From IMG/VR virus record IMGVR_UViG_3300011008_000999: 64,000 nucleotides of DNA; one strand, given 5' to 3'. The notes under the pieces are model-generated. The model was not told the DNA's origin. It worked only from the letters and a program-made list of their open reading frames with translations, and ran no database searches. This stretch comes from a virus. Taxonomy: Duplodnaviria > Caudoviricetes. The position numbers and the translations under genes are program-made. This document shows, piece by piece, positions 18,847 through 29,169 of this stretch (the first letter of the stretch is position 1; each line of letters begins with the position of its first letter).

Positions 18847-20172
18847 TTATTCTTCATAAGAACCACCAAGGAATGTTACTTCCTCACCGTTCTCAAGAGC
18901 AATGTTAATATAGTCCATACATAAGTCAATTTCTTCCTGAGTCATAGATAAGTTATACTTACTGCAAATCATCAACCAAGAATAACAATAATCTTCTACA
19001 TTGATGTCTGGAAGATAATCACAAGGACCTTTGTCAGACTTACTACGATTAGCAGAATTGAGCACATCTACACCAACCCACTGATCATAAGCATAAGCAT
19101 TTCTTTGTTCTTCAGTCCAATCTTTTGCACCTCTTAAATAAGCAGATTTAAGTGGTACAATATGATCGTAATCAAGATTACCAAAATCATTATCTTCTTT
19201 CTTATCGTCTAAATCATGAATGATAGTTCCTGTATAAGGACACATATAAGTATTGTCTTCAGCATTATACCAAGGACTAGTCTTCCAAGCGTAATCATTA
19301 CGATTTACTTTCTTACCATTTAAGGTATAGCTTTGAGTTGGTTTCTCATAAGTGTTTCTATCGTAATCATCATATTCAGGTAAAGCGTCGATAACATTAA
19401 TTGAATTTACTAATGCATTAAGATTAGCAGTATTAGATAATGTTGTATCATAAGTTAATTCACCAGTAGTTTCAGTAGATTCAGATCCTTCAGTAGGAGT
19501 AGGTTCTACTTTATCTACAGTATACGAAATTTCTGCATCAGCATGCCAATGATTATTTAACCATCTTACAAATTCTACAGTATTCTTAGAAGTAACTTCG
19601 ATTTCAGTATCATCAAATTTAATTTTGAATGATCTAGCATAAGAGATTTCAATAGTATCAGGAAGCTTAATATCTTTCTTGACAATATTTCCATTCTCAT
19701 CTACATAAGAGTCATTTCTAGTAGGAGTAGTTTGATTACCAGGATCACTAATTCCAGGATTTTCTGTACTAGGTCCATCAATAGGACTACCTGGATCAGT
19801 AATTTCAGTATTGTTATTATTACCACCGCTAAATGGTCCACCAGGATCACTAATTCCAGGATCAGTAGTAAAATCTGGTAAATCAATATTATTACCACTA
19901 TTATCAGAATCTGCAACCTGATTATCTGAAGGATTAGTTAGAGTATTACCGCCTACAGTACCACCATTTTCAGTTTCATACGTAGGAAGTGAACCAATAA
20001 TATCGTGTCCTTTAGGCAACTCTGGAAGTGCCTGGATTAAAGGAGACATAACTGATTTTGGATCTCTAAGGTGTACCTCACTCTTAAATGAATTAAGAGT
20101 ATATCCACCTAGACTTAAGAGGCCCATAAACAGCAAACCTATAAAAAGTATTTTAATAATTCGTTTAATCAT
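18847..20172 (-). CDS. membrane-anchored/secreted HNH nuclease (DUF1524-like)
   Basis: N-terminal signal/TM, DPG-rich linker, CPYTG...DYDHIVPL...ANRSKSDKGP. Confidence 0.8.
   Translation of the reverse strand: MIKRIIKILFIGLLFMGLLSLGGYTLNSFKSEVHLRDPKSVMSPLIQALPELPKGHDIIGSLPTYETENGGTVGGNTLTNPSDNQVADSDNSGNNIDLPDFTTDPGISDPGGPFSGGNNNNTEITDPGSPIDGPSTENPGISDPGNQTTPTRNDSYVDENGNIVKKDIKLPDTIEISYARSFKIKFDDTEIEVTSKNTVEFVRWLNNHWHADAEISYTVDKVEPTPTEGSESTETTGELTYDTTLSNTANLNALVNSINVIDALPEYDDYDRNTYEKPTQSYTLNGKKVNRNDYAWKTSPWYNAEDNTYMCPYTGTIIHDLDDKKEDNDFGNLDYDHIVPLKSAYLRGAKDWTEEQRNAYAYDQWVGVDVLNSANRSKSDKGPCDYLPDINVEDYCYSWLMICSKYNLSMTQEEIDLCMDYINIALENGEEVTFLGGSYEE
19739..19862. repeat. intragenic direct repeat encoding PGISDPG
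   Basis: CCAGGATCACTAATTCCAGGAT occurs near 19739 and 19841. Confidence 0.7.
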
Positions 20173-20195
20173 GGTTTGCCACCTCCTTTTTCATA

Positions 20196-20972
20196 TTATT
20201 TGTATTCAACATCGATAATGTAAAGACCATCATTATATCCGACGAAGTTTATATCATATTCTTCAAATGAATAATACAACATAAAACTACCCTTCTTTGC
20301 ATAACTTCCAGACTTAGTATTCTGACCAAACTGCTCATAAATAGATTCTTTTGCACTACCAAAGTTAATCCAATTAGGTAATGCACAAGTCATAAGTTTG
20401 TCACCAGAATTATTACCTGCCTGAAGTTTGTAACCTACACATTTCGTATTAGAAATAGTAGTTTCAGTATCAGACTTAAACTTAAAGATAATATTACCAT
20501 CACCAGTAGTAGGTGTAGCATGTACTTCAAAATATGTACCTACTTCTTCACCAGTAACATCTTTCTTTATAAGATACTTACCAACTTCTTCAATATAGAA
20601 CGGTCCAAACTTTTCAGATAAATACATATAATCACAAGGAAATGCAGTTAATTTTCCATCAATAGAAATAGTATTCATGTCAATAACTTCATTCATATTG
20701 ACATCGTCTACTACATTATACATCATTTCCTTTGGAACAATATCTAAATGTTCCCAAGTATCTTCTTCCTCTTCTGGTTCTTCTACAACTACAGTAGTAG
20801 GAGTTACGTCTTCAGTAGTTTCCTCTTCTACAGGTTTTTCTACAACTTCATTCTGAGCATAATTATGTTCTTCAGGATAGATTTCTTCAGGTTCATCATC
20901 TTTCTTACCACACGCAGCCATCGAAACTGCCATAAGAAGAGATAGACCTAATATTAAGATCTTTTTCATCAT
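20196..20972 (-). CDS. putative lipoprotein
   Basis: MKK...SMAAC lipobox, acidic linker. Confidence 0.78.
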   Translation of the reverse strand: MMKKILILGLSLLMAVSMAACGKKDDEPEEIYPEEHNYAQNEVVEKPVEEETTEDVTPTTVVVEEPEEEEDTWEHLDIVPKEMMYNVVDDVNMNEVIDMNTISIDGKLTAFPCDYMYLSEKFGPFYIEEVGKYLIKKDVTGEEVGTYFEVHATPTTGDGNIIFKFKSDTETTISNTKCVGYKLQAGNNSGDKLMTCALPNWINFGSAKESIYEQFGQNTKSGSYAKKGSFMLYYSFEEYDINFVGYNDGLYIIDVEYK

Positions 20973-22930
20973 TTTCCTCCATTCTTCTTACTCTTTTTAC
21001 GAGTAGGCTTAGTGGCCTTGATTTTGTCTTTTAATGCTTCAATAAATGTAAAGTTCGAATCTTTTTCAGATGATAAATCAAATGTATTATCAACATTATC
21101 TACAACAGTATCAATATTTGCAGATTTATCACTAATCATTTCAATAAACAAACTGTCAAGAATAGAACTCATACAATATACATAATAAATCATACAACTT
21201 TCAGTCTGACCAGTTCTACAGATACGATCCTCTACCTGAACCATATCAGAAGGTACCCAAGCATAGTCAATAATAATCATTGTATGTGCAGCAGTAAGTG
21301 TAATACCTACACCACCAGCTTGCATATTTAAGATACATACAGTTTTCTTTTTAGCCTGAAAATCATCAATAGCTTGTTGTTTTGCTTGATCAGACATACC
21401 ACCTCTAATTTCACAACAAGTATCTTTGAAATGATCTCTAAGAATATCAGCAGAATCTACAAAATTAGTTACAATAACTACACTTTCTCCAGCATCTATA
21501 AGAGTCTCAGCTAAATCAATTGCTGCATCAATCTTATACAAACTTAACATCTTTCTACCAGTCATAGCAAGTCCCATGTAAGTATCACCATCTTCTGGTT
21601 CATAAAGACGTTTTTCAATATTCACATATTCTCTCTTAAAATGAGGATCAAGAGGAATAAACTGTCTTTGTTTCTTAAGGTTAGGAAGTACATCTTTCTT
21701 AAGACGTCTAACCATTAAGTTACTAAGTAAAGCATGTAACTGATCTGAGTTAGAATTACCAGAAAAGTCCTTACCAAAGTAAGTTTCCTTAGGATCACAG
21801 AACTTATTTGCATAATTAAGGAATGCCCACTTACTATTAAAGTCAAAAGCTTCACACTTGAGCATCTTTAAGATATTATACAAATCAAGATTGTGAGAAG
21901 GAAGTGGAGTACCACTAAGAAGATAACAGTATTCAACTGCATCTGCAAGTTCAAGTACTGCTTTTGCTCTCTTACTAGTAGGATTTCCCCAGTTATTTAC
22001 AGCTTTACAAGCATGACATTCATCTACAAAGATACAGTTAAAGTATTTCTTAAAGTCGTCTAAGAACTTACTTACTGAACCATAGCCAATAATTGTCCAA
22101 TCTTTACCAAAATGTGGTGCATCAGCATTAAGCTGAATCTGTACATCTGCATCAGGAGTTACATTCTTGATTTCTCTATACCAGTTTAATCTAAGAGATG
22201 CAGGACAAATAACCAATTTTGGTATATTTAAACTAGTTCCAACTAAGACTGAAATAAATGTCTTTCCACAACCCATTTCATGTCCAAGTAGAACTCTTTT
22301 CTTTTTAATGATCTTTGTAGCATCTTCAATCTGGAAGTCATAAGGTGTAAAAGGTAAAGATAACTTACTTAAATCTACCAGACTATTCTCAGACTTATTC
22401 AAGTAGAATAATCCAGCTTCAATATCATCAGGATCATACTTAATCATAAGTCTATCAAGTAATTTAGTAAAGTTATCTAGCTGATCTCTTGAAATAGATA
22501 TAACTAACTTATCAGGATCAGTTTTACTATCCACATACTTAAGACAATTCTTATTCTTTGCATCCCAAAGATCAGATACAAGATTTTTGTCATTAATATT
22601 AACTTCATACTCATAGAGTCCAAACTTATTGACTCTACCTGTATTCTTACATTCAACACTTGTAACAGTCTTCTTATAATCTGTTACTGGATGTTCAAAT
22701 CCAATAATAGAACCACCATTAGTAGCTCTAAAATATTGCATACGAAGTTCTCTTGCTTCTGCCTTCTCGTCTATAGGATAGTTACAAAGACAACAAGCAA
22801 CCAGATATAAGTCATAATCATTTGGATTGTCTAAAGATGCTATCTTAAGCATCATACGCTCATCAGCTAATTTGTATACTTTAGCATCTAGCATCTCCTT
22901 ATTTTTCTTTAACAAATCTAACATGACCAT
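20969..22930 (-). CDS. SNF2/HARP-like DExH helicase
   Basis: HEMGCGKT, DECH, LSGTP, RRLK, GGVGITLT, QVEDRICRTGQ. Confidence 0.92.
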   Translation of the reverse strand: MVMLDLLKKNKEMLDAKVYKLADERMMLKIASLDNPNDYDLYLVACCLCNYPIDEKAEARELRMQYFRATNGGSIIGFEHPVTDYKKTVTSVECKNTGRVNKFGLYEYEVNINDKNLVSDLWDAKNKNCLKYVDSKTDPDKLVISISRDQLDNFTKLLDRLMIKYDPDDIEAGLFYLNKSENSLVDLSKLSLPFTPYDFQIEDATKIIKKKRVLLGHEMGCGKTFISVLVGTSLNIPKLVICPASLRLNWYREIKNVTPDADVQIQLNADAPHFGKDWTIIGYGSVSKFLDDFKKYFNCIFVDECHACKAVNNWGNPTSKRAKAVLELADAVEYCYLLSGTPLPSHNLDLYNILKMLKCEAFDFNSKWAFLNYANKFCDPKETYFGKDFSGNSNSDQLHALLSNLMVRRLKKDVLPNLKKQRQFIPLDPHFKREYVNIEKRLYEPEDGDTYMGLAMTGRKMLSLYKIDAAIDLAETLIDAGESVVIVTNFVDSADILRDHFKDTCCEIRGGMSDQAKQQAIDDFQAKKKTVCILNMQAGGVGITLTAAHTMIIIDYAWVPSDMVQVEDRICRTGQTESCMIYYVYCMSSILDSLFIEMISDKSANIDTVVDNVDNTFDLSSEKDSNFTFIEALKDKIKATKPTRKKSKKNGGK

Positions 22931-22961
22931 TTTACTCCTATTATATCTTACAATTTATGAA

Positions 22962-23195
22962 TTATTCAATTTCAAAATTGACCATATTGTTCACACAATC
23001 AATAGATATTACTTCTCGATCAAGTACTTCACCTTTTAATGATTCATCATATCTATCGCATACTTTAAAATTACCAGGTCTAAGTTTAAGCTCTGGAACA
23101 TGTAAATATGCGGTAATCATGAATTTTTGTACTGATCTTGGATTTAGATAATTAATAGCCTGTCCTAAACGCATAATAAATACCTCCATTGACAT
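22962..23195 (-). CDS. small hypothetical protein
   Basis: internal GGAGG suggests the true start is MRLGQ (about 23174). Confidence 0.55.
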   Translation of the reverse strand: MSMEVFIMRLGQAINYLNPRSVQKFMITAYLHVPELKLRPGNFKVCDRYDESLKGEVLDREVISIDCVNNMVNFEIE

Positions 23196-23236
23196 ATTAG
23201 GGAATTAGTATTGTTTAATTTTCTTATTGTATAATA

Positions 23237-24670
23237 TTAAATAGCCCTTGTCCCAATACCATTTTTCATATTAGTTTTAAGTTCTTGTACACATTCATCA
23301 TAAATCCAACTAAATTCGGCTTTAGATAATTGACTCTTTACTACATAAAATCCATCATATACATTCACACATTTAATTCCTTTATCTAAAAGCTTTCTTC
23401 TAATTAGAATATGCAAATTAGATTCTAAAGTGAATATATCAGATTTAATGAATTTCTTAGTATTCAATGTCAAATACATTGCATCTCGTACATGTTCAAG
23501 AAATGTTTTCACATCAATATTAAGTGATGTAGTAAATAATTCAAATCTCTCATAAATTTCTTGATCTTCTTTATTTAACTTCTGATATTTTCGTGGATGT
23601 CCTGCATAATATTTGTTTAAGTAGTCCCAATGACTTGCAGTATATCCAATAGCATGAGGTTTCATATAGATAGGCATCAATACTAACTTAAATGCTTTTC
23701 TAAATTTCTCTCTATTTCTACCAGACCAAGGAATAGGAAAACCACAGTTATTCCATATTTGTTCATAAATATCAGTATCAAATGGAAGTAACTTATCATG
23801 ATTTAGATTATATGTTAATCTATAAATTGAACCATTTACATCATATTCTGTTATATCTTTCATATTAGCACTAAGCATAGATTCCAACATATCAGATCTT
23901 GCTTTACTACTTCGCCAATAGTTACTTTCATTGATCTTATCCGTATGTTCAGGATTTACAGTTGTACAGATTTCATGAGTAAGTCTTAAACAGCCTTCTT
24001 CTAAATATCTACATGTAAATTCAGGAAAGTCAGTGTCCAAAGTCCTTTTTATATCAAGATAATATCTATTTTCTTCTATTTTATCATGAATCTTGAGTAC
24101 TTTCTGTAAAGTCTTTTTATCTTCTTTACTTAAGGTTTCTGTAAATTCTTTATCTAGATTATCTAAGTCTAAACTAGTAAAGTCGTTCTTTTTACTACGA
24201 TTTGACAAAAATGAGATAAAATCATTAAATGTGCCTTTATAGTCAGTAATATTATTAAGAACATCAATCTCTACATGATCTATCATATATTGATTAAGCC
24301 CTTTCTGGTCTAAAGAATACACATTCAAAAACTTTATCTCATTCGGTTCTCCAATTCGAATTTTCTTATATTTTGGAATAGTATACGGTACTTTATTACC
24401 TGCTCTATCTTTATAATATACAGACTTACCTGCATTATCTCTTTCTACATATTTAAGGAATCCTAAATCTCTTAATTTAGCACACCATCTTTTTACAGTC
24501 AAAACTGTACATCCAAAGTAATCAGATAAAGTAGTCTGTGGAATTGAAAATTCATTTGATACATTTGAACTTCTATTATAATAAGAATAAGCCAAGATTA
24601 GAATAAAAAAGTCTTGCATTCCTGGTCTATGTCTAGCAGGTCTAGATACTTTTTTAAGATCTTTTAGCAT
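23237..24670 (-). CDS. winged-HTH plus family-A-polymerase-like palm protein (possible replication protein)
   Basis: N-term IPQTTLSDYFGCTVLTVKRWCAKLRDLG; C-term YDVNGS / RKAFK / LES / VYDGF. Confidence 0.55.
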   Translation of the reverse strand: MLKDLKKVSRPARHRPGMQDFFILILAYSYYNRSSNVSNEFSIPQTTLSDYFGCTVLTVKRWCAKLRDLGFLKYVERDNAGKSVYYKDRAGNKVPYTIPKYKKIRIGEPNEIKFLNVYSLDQKGLNQYMIDHVEIDVLNNITDYKGTFNDFISFLSNRSKKNDFTSLDLDNLDKEFTETLSKEDKKTLQKVLKIHDKIEENRYYLDIKRTLDTDFPEFTCRYLEEGCLRLTHEICTTVNPEHTDKINESNYWRSSKARSDMLESMLSANMKDITEYDVNGSIYRLTYNLNHDKLLPFDTDIYEQIWNNCGFPIPWSGRNREKFRKAFKLVLMPIYMKPHAIGYTASHWDYLNKYYAGHPRKYQKLNKEDQEIYERFELFTTSLNIDVKTFLEHVRDAMYLTLNTKKFIKSDIFTLESNLHILIRRKLLDKGIKCVNVYDGFYVVKSQLSKAEFSWIYDECVQELKTNMKNGIGTRAI

Positions 24671-24859
24671 TCTAATCTCTCCTTTCTTAAAATTTTCTTC
24701 AAAAAGTTCAAATTTAATATTTTGTATTTATTATATATAGCATATTAGGGTATCATTTTTTGCAATAAATAAGGAACGCCTCATACAAGCAAAAAGACTG
24801 CTTGCATAAGGCTTAAAAGTATTTAGTTGATTGGTCTACAGACTGAACCTTCCAACATA

Positions 24860-25588
24860 TTAAATGTTACTAAAATAGTGTGCGCCCCACTGGAAAGCAG
24901 GTGTTCCCAGGTTTTCATGATAATGACCAGTTCTGAAATAATATACTTCATAATTAATCTGTGAAATGGACTCTTCATACGCTATTTGTAACTCTTCCTC
25001 TGTAGGTGTATTATCAGCATTATACAAGATAGGTGCTGTAGAGAACTGATCTTTAGCATATACAATAGAATGTATATCAGCATTGTTATGCGCCATTCTA
25101 TTAAGAACTGTATCTGCTACAAGTCTCTTACCTTTCTCATCCTGATTACCAGACTCAGCATGAATTACTCTTGCAAGTAGATCCAATTCTTCATCTGTTA
25201 AAGGTGATTCAGGTACATAATTCTCTGCAATATATGTAGCTTCTTCAATAACTGAATTTTCTACATTTTTTGCAATGTCTACAGGGTTTACTGACACTAA
25301 ATCAGAGTCTACTTCTGAAATAACTTCAGAAGGAACTAGCTCTGTAACAGTAAGTACTGATGAAGTTACTGTTAATACATTTGGTGCAGCATACTTATTC
25401 GGTTGTACGATTTCAATTGTTTCAACTTCAACTTTGTTCTTTGAACATTCTTGGGCTGAAGCTTGTATTGTGTTTGTTCCAAACATTATTGCTTGTGAAC
25501 TTAAAAATATAAGTGCAGCTGCAATATATGCTAAACACAATCTAGTATTCAGTTTTCGAACATTTTTTAACATTAATCTTTCTCCCAT
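24860..25588 (-). CDS. SleB/Hydrolase_2 cell wall hydrolase
   Basis: LARVIHAESG...VADTVLNR...QFS...HYF; N-terminal signal peptide. Confidence 0.85.
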   Translation of the reverse strand: MGERLMLKNVRKLNTRLCLAYIAAALIFLSSQAIMFGTNTIQASAQECSKNKVEVETIEIVQPNKYAAPNVLTVTSSVLTVTELVPSEVISEVDSDLVSVNPVDIAKNVENSVIEEATYIAENYVPESPLTDEELDLLARVIHAESGNQDEKGKRLVADTVLNRMAHNNADIHSIVYAKDQFSTAPILYNADNTPTEEELQIAYEESISQINYEVYYFRTGHYHENLGTPAFQWGAHYFSNI

Positions 25589-25648
25589 TTTAGAGACTAA
25601 ATAGCCTCGTCTCCATCATGTTTGATCGAGATAAAATACCTCTTGAGC

Positions 25649-25942
25649 TTAATTGCTCCCGTCTGTTACCGTGATGTCTTCTACAAAAGTATAACATCTG
25701 CAGTACTTACATCCACAAGCTTCCATATCTGCATAGGTATCGAAGTGTCTGTAATATGGATGTCCGCACTTGCACATACGATCGTCACCATAATTAGGAT
25801 TATACCTTCTTATAGTTTCGATCTTTTTATATTCAATGTAGGGACCACTTGTATCACCTACCTGAATAGCGTTGTTTATATCGCCAAAGAATGTATGTAT
25901 CTTTGACTTGTAACCTTCAATTGTTACCTTTATCTTTTTCAT
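25649..25942 (-). CDS. Cys-rich hypothetical protein
   Basis: CKCGH...H...CGCKYCRC. Confidence 0.6.
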   Translation of the reverse strand: MKKIKVTIEGYKSKIHTFFGDINNAIQVGDTSGPYIEYKKIETIRRYNPNYGDDRMCKCGHPYYRHFDTYADMEACGCKYCRCYTFVEDITVTDGSN

Positions 25943-25950
25943 TTTTCTCC

Positions 25951-26451
25951 TTATATTTCTACTTTATAATGCTTTTCGAAAAATCCAGGAGCAATAGCGT
26001 CAAAACCTTTATCTTGACACTGAGCAGTAACTCCATATCCATCGTCAATAACCAAAGTCCGAACGATTTCATAATCTGCAGCTACTTCCTTATTGTACGC
26101 CAGAATCATAGGTAACTTTGCATCCTGAGTCGATACACTAAAGTAGTTATCAAATAAACCAGGTGTAGCATTATCAAGTAGATCAGTCTTAGACTTGAAA
26201 TAGATGCTAGTCTGGCAACCAGTTAACAAGTTCACAAATGGCTTAATGCCATTATTTTGAAGATAAGCACAAATCTGTCTAACCTTCTCAATAAGTTCAT
26301 GATTCAGATATTTCTCATCATATTCAATCTTTCCAAATCCGAACATTACATTGTATTCAAAATCTTCATCATATCTCCAATGAAACTTATGATCATAAAT
26401 AGTATCATCGAAGTCGATATATATCATAAATGCTTTTTCTTTCTTTTTCAT
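25951..26451 (-). CDS. HAD-superfamily phosphatase-like protein
   Basis: IYIDFDDT motif I, LT, K, VIDD motif IV. Confidence 0.65.
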   Translation of the reverse strand: MKKKEKAFMIYIDFDDTIYDHKFHWRYDEDFEYNVMFGFGKIEYDEKYLNHELIEKVRQICAYLQNNGIKPFVNLLTGCQTSIYFKSKTDLLDNATPGLFDNYFSVSTQDAKLPMILAYNKEVAADYEIVRTLVIDDGYGVTAQCQDKGFDAIAPGFFEKHYKVEI

Positions 26452-26454
26452 AGA

Positions 26455-26931
26455 TTATCTCCTTTTACTAAAATAGTCTTCCAAAATCTGTTTGTGATCA
26501 AATGCTAAATTATCCATATCAATATCCTTAATAAACTTAGCATCTGCTGCGTCGTCATCAGGTTTGACCATGGAGATATACTCTTGTGATAAGTTAATAG
26601 AATATACTATACTCACCACATGATCTCTAGGGTCTCTCTGAGGATCACTGTAGACTCCTTCTAGAACTATATTTGTAGGATCTATATCCAAACTAGTTTC
26701 TTCTTTTAACTCTCTGATTGCTGCTTGAAGAGTATTTTCTTTACCTACATCAAGGAAACCACCAGGAAGTGCCCATTTTCCACGGTAAGGAAAATTCTTA
26801 CGTTTTACAAACAAAATACCTTCATTATCAATATGAACTATAAAGTCCACAGTGACTGAAGGCTTTGGATATTTATTTGAGTCGTACTTTTCAAGGTATA
26901 ATCTTTCTTCTTCACTTTCAGGTACGTACAT
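26455..26931 (-). CDS. Nudix hydrolase (ADP-ribose pyrophosphatase-like)
   Basis: YPKPSVTVD, WALPGG...AIRELKEETS, RDPR, DDA, LAFDH. Confidence 0.9.
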   Translation of the reverse strand: MYVPESEEERLYLEKYDSNKYPKPSVTVDFIVHIDNEGILFVKRKNFPYRGKWALPGGFLDVGKENTLQAAIRELKEETSLDIDPTNIVLEGVYSDPQRDPRDHVVSIVYSINLSQEYISMVKPDDDAADAKFIKDIDMDNLAFDHKQILEDYFSKRR

Positions 26932-26989
26932 TTTAATAAATTCCTTTCATATATATTAAATAGCTCTTGATGTAACAATTGTGTAATAA

Positions 26990-27292
26990 TTACTTCCAGC
27001 TGTAACCATCTTTACAGATCATCTTACCAAGTACTACGCTTGCAGGACCATCGTCAAAATCAATCATCTCTTCAATATACTTCTCATGATCTATAGTTCT
27101 AGTCTTCTGAGCTACATAATACTCAGTATCATCCTGAGTATTATTCTTATGATTTTCATCAATGATCTTAGTATACTTTTTAAACATCTCATTATACTGC
27201 TTCTGAGTAATCGTCATTGTAGTGAAGTCCATATTATAAGTAGAAAATCCGATAAAATACTTTACTTTCTTTGCCATGATAAATACCTCCAT
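26990..27292 (-). CDS. hypothetical protein
   Basis: ORF downstream of a promoter; internal GGAGG favours a start at MAKK. Confidence 0.6.
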   Translation of the reverse strand: MEVFIMAKKVKYFIGFSTYNMDFTTMTITQKQYNEMFKKYTKIIDENHKNNTQDDTEYYVAQKTRTIDHEKYIEEMIDFDDGPASVVLGKMICKDGYSWK

Positions 27293-27310
27293 AATATTTA
27301 TTATGGTTTA

Positions 27311-27344
27311 ATTATAACAAGTTTCTATCGGATTGTAAATAGTT
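27311..27344 (-). promoter_or_regulatory. conserved sigmaA-like promoter
   Basis: AACTATTTACA-N17-TATAAT. Confidence 0.85.
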
Positions 27345-27379
27345 ATATTAAGTTTTTTATTTAAAGATACTATTCTTCG

Positions 27380-28282
27380 TTATTCTTCATCAAATATAAG
27401 TGTTAGTGTCATTCTATCTTCACCTACTACTGTGTTAGAAAAGATCTTATTAAGAGATTTTTCATACTGCTTAGGATTAATCATTGAAGGTGAAAAATGT
27501 GTAAGCCAAAGTCTTTTAACATTAGCAGTAGCAGCAATATCTGCAGCTTCTGTCATAAGCATGTGTTTTTTCTGTCTAGCTTTTGTCTTAGTATCTTCAT
27601 CTGTTTCACCATACATACCTTCACAAATGAAAAGATCTGAATCTTTTGCATAATCTATAATGGATTCAGTAGGTCTTGTATCTGTGCAATAAGTAACCTT
27701 AAGACCTTTACGAGGAGCACTCATAACCATATCAGGTGTAAAATTATCAATAGATTCACCATGCTGTAACTTATTCCAGTATTTAAGTGGAATATTAAGC
27801 TCTTTTGCTCGATCAGGATTAAACTTACCAAGTCTATTAAGTTGGAATGTATATCCAAAGCAAGGCATACCGTGCTTTACTTTAAATGCTGAAATATTGA
27901 GACCGTATAAATTAAGACTGGTATTATCACTCAATTCTATAAATTCAATCTCAAAAGAAATTTCCGGAGCAATAACTCTAAGACAGTTAACTATTCTACT
28001 AATTCCCTTAGGTCCAATAATTGTAAGAGGCTCTGTTTTACCTGAATTAGTCATTGCAAGTAAAAGACCAGGAAGACCTGAAATATGATCAGCATGAAAG
28101 TGTGTTATCATAAGAACATCAATATCCTTAAATGACCAACCATGTATTCTAATACTTGTCTGAGTAGATTCACCACAATCTATAAGAAAAGAATGACCAT
28201 TATATCTTAACATACAAGATGTCAAGAATCTCTCAGGTAAAGGCATCATTCCGCTTGTTCCTAATAAACATATATCTAGCAT
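27380..28282 (-). CDS. rnz: ribonuclease Z
   Basis: LGTSG..P..R, DCGE, THFHADH, flexible arm, TDTRP, LTHFS. Confidence 0.92.
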   Translation of the reverse strand: MLDICLLGTSGMMPLPERFLTSCMLRYNGHSFLIDCGESTQTSIRIHGWSFKDIDVLMITHFHADHISGLPGLLLAMTNSGKTEPLTIIGPKGISRIVNCLRVIAPEISFEIEFIELSDNTSLNLYGLNISAFKVKHGMPCFGYTFQLNRLGKFNPDRAKELNIPLKYWNKLQHGESIDNFTPDMVMSAPRKGLKVTYCTDTRPTESIIDYAKDSDLFICEGMYGETDEDTKTKARQKKHMLMTEAADIAATANVKRLWLTHFSPSMINPKQYEKSLNKIFSNTVVGEDRMTLTLIFDEE

Positions 28283-28311
28283 AAAAATACTCTCCTTGTT
28301 AATATATTGCT

Positions 28312-28345
28312 ATTATAACAAAGAGAGTTTAGTTTGTAAATAGTT
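28312..28345 (-). promoter_or_regulatory. conserved sigmaA-like promoter
   Basis: AACTATTTACA-N17-TATAAT. Confidence 0.85.
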
Positions 28346-28356
28346 TGTTTGCAGAC

Positions 28357-28389
28357 AAATAGGGAACCATATTTCTATGATTCCCTTTA
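28357..28389 (-). terminator. terminator-like hairpin
   Basis: AGGGAA..CATA...TATG..TTCCCT. Confidence 0.55.
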
Positions 28390-28395
28390 GTTTAA

Positions 28396-28956
28396 TTACC
28401 AGAAATTTACAATGGTGTCATGCATAGCCTGATTATCAGATATTTGTTTTTCATTAGGACCTTTATCACTACCAGGATCACCAATAAAATCATCATTAGC
28501 CACGATCATATTACCAGTTACGTAAAAGAACTGAATATACTGTAATCCAATTGCTTCAGCTCTCTGACCTACTACAGTATTATCAGTAACTGTAGTATCA
28601 GTTAATACCTCAGTTTTGATATACTCAAATGTAGCATTTGCTGCATCCACATCGTCAAATGTATAGAAAGTAATAGTTGGCATACTATCAAATCTGTATA
28701 CATTTGCAGTGATTTCACCAAATTTCTCAGTTGTAGCAACACCTTTACTAAAAATCTTACCTTTTGTTTGAATAGATTCTAATGTCATCTCATTAGGATC
28801 AATTACTACTTCAGCAGGTGCAGAAGTAGGACTTGCTGCATTTTCAGATACAGTAACAGTTGCAGATTCTGTTACATCTGTGTCTTTTGCAGTGCATCCA
28901 GCTGTCATAGTTAGTACCATTACTAAAGTAAAGACAGCAATTAATTTGTTCTTCAT
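28396..28956 (-). CDS. putative lipoprotein
   Basis: MKNK...MTAGC lipobox. Confidence 0.75.
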   Translation of the reverse strand: MKNKLIAVFTLVMVLTMTAGCTAKDTDVTESATVTVSENAASPTSAPAEVVIDPNEMTLESIQTKGKIFSKGVATTEKFGEITANVYRFDSMPTITFYTFDDVDAANATFEYIKTEVLTDTTVTDNTVVGQRAEAIGLQYIQFFYVTGNMIVANDDFIGDPGSDKGPNEKQISDNQAMHDTIVNFW

Positions 28957-29169
28957 TCGTCTACTTTCCTTTCTCTAGGTGTTCTCCAGAGGTTCTAGGA
29001 TGACATCTGGAGACTTGGACTTAATGTAATATATGTTTTATTAACCATCAAACCAAGTAATATCTGGATGTCAATCTCAAATATTATAACAATATTAGCT
29101 GAGACTACAACTATTCCAAATACAAATAAGGTCTGATGTAAAACATCTTTTTTATCTAACCATTTACTC

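Noticed and set aside
28957-29169. Possible ncRNA or riboswitch in the 210-bp gap
   Set aside because: Only a short TCTCCAGA/TCTGGAGA stem is visible, with no recognisable family motif or tRNA cloverleaf.
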